A stretch of 63,522 bases of DNA, counting the filler, from Octopus bimaculoides (taxonomy: Eukaryota): assembly GCF_001194135.2 (NCBI RefSeq). It is 9 parts of 8 records of this genome, joined end to end, with 100 filler letters (N's around TTAATTAATTAA, not from the genome) between each part and the next. Parts side by side here need not be neighbours in the genome. Positions count along the whole stretch, not along the records: positions 61,618 to 63,522 come from NW_026341197.1; 8 more parts are not named here. The stretch is one strand, 5' to 3'. A program made the position numbers and the translations under genes. Shown here piece after piece: positions 61,952 to 63,522 of this stretch (position 1 is its first letter; every line of letters starts with the position of its first letter). The notes below the pieces were generated by a model that saw only the letters and a list, made by a program, of their open reading frames with translations, ran no database searches and was not told the origin of the DNA.

Positions 61952-62329
61952 ATAATGTCTCATAAGAGAAGTGCTTGTGTCACTCAAAGAAACGAAAAAG
62001 AATCTGGACGAAGAATCTCGTGCAATTTCAAGACTCATATAGGAAAAGAAAACCTGTTCTAGAAGAGAATTCTTTGGAACACAACTGCAGGACACCAATG
62101 AAACTTCAAATTGTCGGTCGCTACCTGTTCTTTGGAGGTACTATCAAAGGAAGGAAGGAAAGAAAAGAACAAAGGAAATTTCGAAAGAAATAACTTATGG
62201 CAAAAGAAATTAAATTTCCCATATTTATCAGTTCTAAAAACAAAAAAAAAAGCAAAAATGGGAAAAGTGCTGAAAAACGGTGAATAATTACGAATCCTTC
62301 TTCCTTTACCTTCCTTTGTTTGTTCTACT

Positions 62330-62460
62330 CATTGGACTGCGGCCATGCTGGGGCCTCAGTCCAATGGGTCTTTTTCTTTTAGTCGAGCAAACTGACCGCA
62401 GTACTTATCGCTTGTTTTTTTTAAAGTTGGGTATTTACTCTATCGGTGTCTTTTGCCAAA
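62330..62460 (-). mobile_element. SINE family A 3' fragment, diverged
   Basis: gactgcggccatgctgg...tttagtcgagcaaa. Confidence 0.65.
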
Positions 62461-62974
62461 CTGTCTTGTCGCAATTCGAACTCACATTCCTGAGAATCAG
62501 ACCAAACCCGATTTAACATGGATTCCATCTAACTACACTGCCTGTCTACCGCCATATTGCTCCGTTAATATACCCGCAATTCCCTCCATTTACTTTAAAT
62601 TAGATACTAAATATGGGCGGCAGTCACCGTAGCCGAAGCTCCAAGAACCTACTTACCGGTGACAGAGAAAGGTACGGCTCCCCCAGGTCGTATAGAAAGT
62701 GCTGGGGAAGGTTCACATGCATAGGATCTGCTTAAGGGCAGACCACCGCTAGACCACAGATAGTGAACGTTAGTCTTAAAGAGGTGGTGGCACTCTAGAA
62801 GCAGACGACAGTACAATTTCCTACTGTACTTGTCTTAGAAGCTTCAAAAAAAAATTACGGTAGCCCAGGGCTATATGTGCCATAATGTGATAATAGAGAA
62901 GGAGAGAAAGAGAGAGAGAGAGAAGCAAACAGACAGACAGATAGATAAATAGGTAGGTAGGCAGGTAGGTGGAA

Positions 62975-63012
<38 letters not shown>

Positions 63013-63015
<3 letters not shown>

Positions 63016-63256
63016 CAAACAAACTCGCGTACACACACACACACAAAGAGATAGTTATACGTGGATATAGACAGCTAGCTAGCTCGATAGATAGGTAGAT
63101 AGATAGATAGATCGATCGAGAGAGAGAGAGAGAGAAGCAAACAAACTCGCGTACACACACACACACACAAAGAGATAGTTATACGTGGATATAGACAGCT
63201 AGCTAGCTCGATAGATAGGTAGATAAATAGATAGATAGAGAGAGAGAGAGAGAGAC
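63013..63256. repeat. Tandem duplication of a ~122-bp compound unit
   Basis: aagcaaacaaactcgcgt...agatagttatacgtggatatagacagctagctagctcg occurs at 63013 and 63135. Confidence 0.9.
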
Positions 63257-63522
63257 GGAGAGACAGACTGATAGACAAAGAGAGCTTCGTGACTTCTTTA
63301 TTCTGTTAATAAGATCATCTTAGCTGCCAAATATATTAATTCGCTGATTGAGCTAAATGTATTAATCAAACTCTGATTAACGATACTTAAGATAAAACAT
63401 TTTAAAAATAGAAAATTTAATCAATAATTTTCTTAGATTTATAAAAGAAATAAAACTAATTTTCCAATATTTTTTTTTGTTTGTTTTCTAATAAGCGCAG
63501 GCTTGTCTGTGTGGTTAAGACG

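Noticed and set aside
62615-62710. HDV-like ribozyme on either strand
   Set aside because: P1/P2-like crossing helices exist, but P1.1, P4 and the catalytic J4/2 segment are missing.

Overview
AT-rich, repeat-dominated animal genomic DNA. The SINE families and microsatellite load suggest a coleoid cephalopod, most likely Octopus; this is inferred from recognition, not verified. The assembly is gappy, and eight 100-bp spacers containing TTAATTAATTAA mark joins where adjacency is uncertain. Almost all ORFs in the supplied track are microsatellite or N-gap artefacts. The real content is mostly decayed mobile DNA. Non-LTR retroelements: many R4/Dong-type fragments tied to (AAT)n tracts, Tx1/L1-clade ORF1 and ORF2 pieces, RTE-clade fragments (one with three tandem C-terminal C2H2 fingers), Penelope-like RT and GIY-YIG fragments, and a Penelope-type repeat with a candidate minimal hammerhead ribozyme. 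DNA transposons: DD34D mariner, DD37D maT-type and hAT remnants, plus a foldback element with telomere-like TTAGGG cores. At least four SINE-like families are present. The only host-gene signal is a set of phase-compatible plus-strand exons (15180-15294, 17950-18001, 21418-21450, possibly 12600-12689) whose joined peptide resembles the C-terminus of an SDR9C/BDH1-like dehydrogenase. No rRNA, intact tRNA or CRISPR array was found. No single previously undescribed system can be claimed with confidence. The best leads are the hammerhead/foldback Penelope locus, the triple-zinc-finger RTE, the telomeric-core foldback family, several retroelement lineages sharing AAT tracts, and an unclassified two-copy coding-like module.
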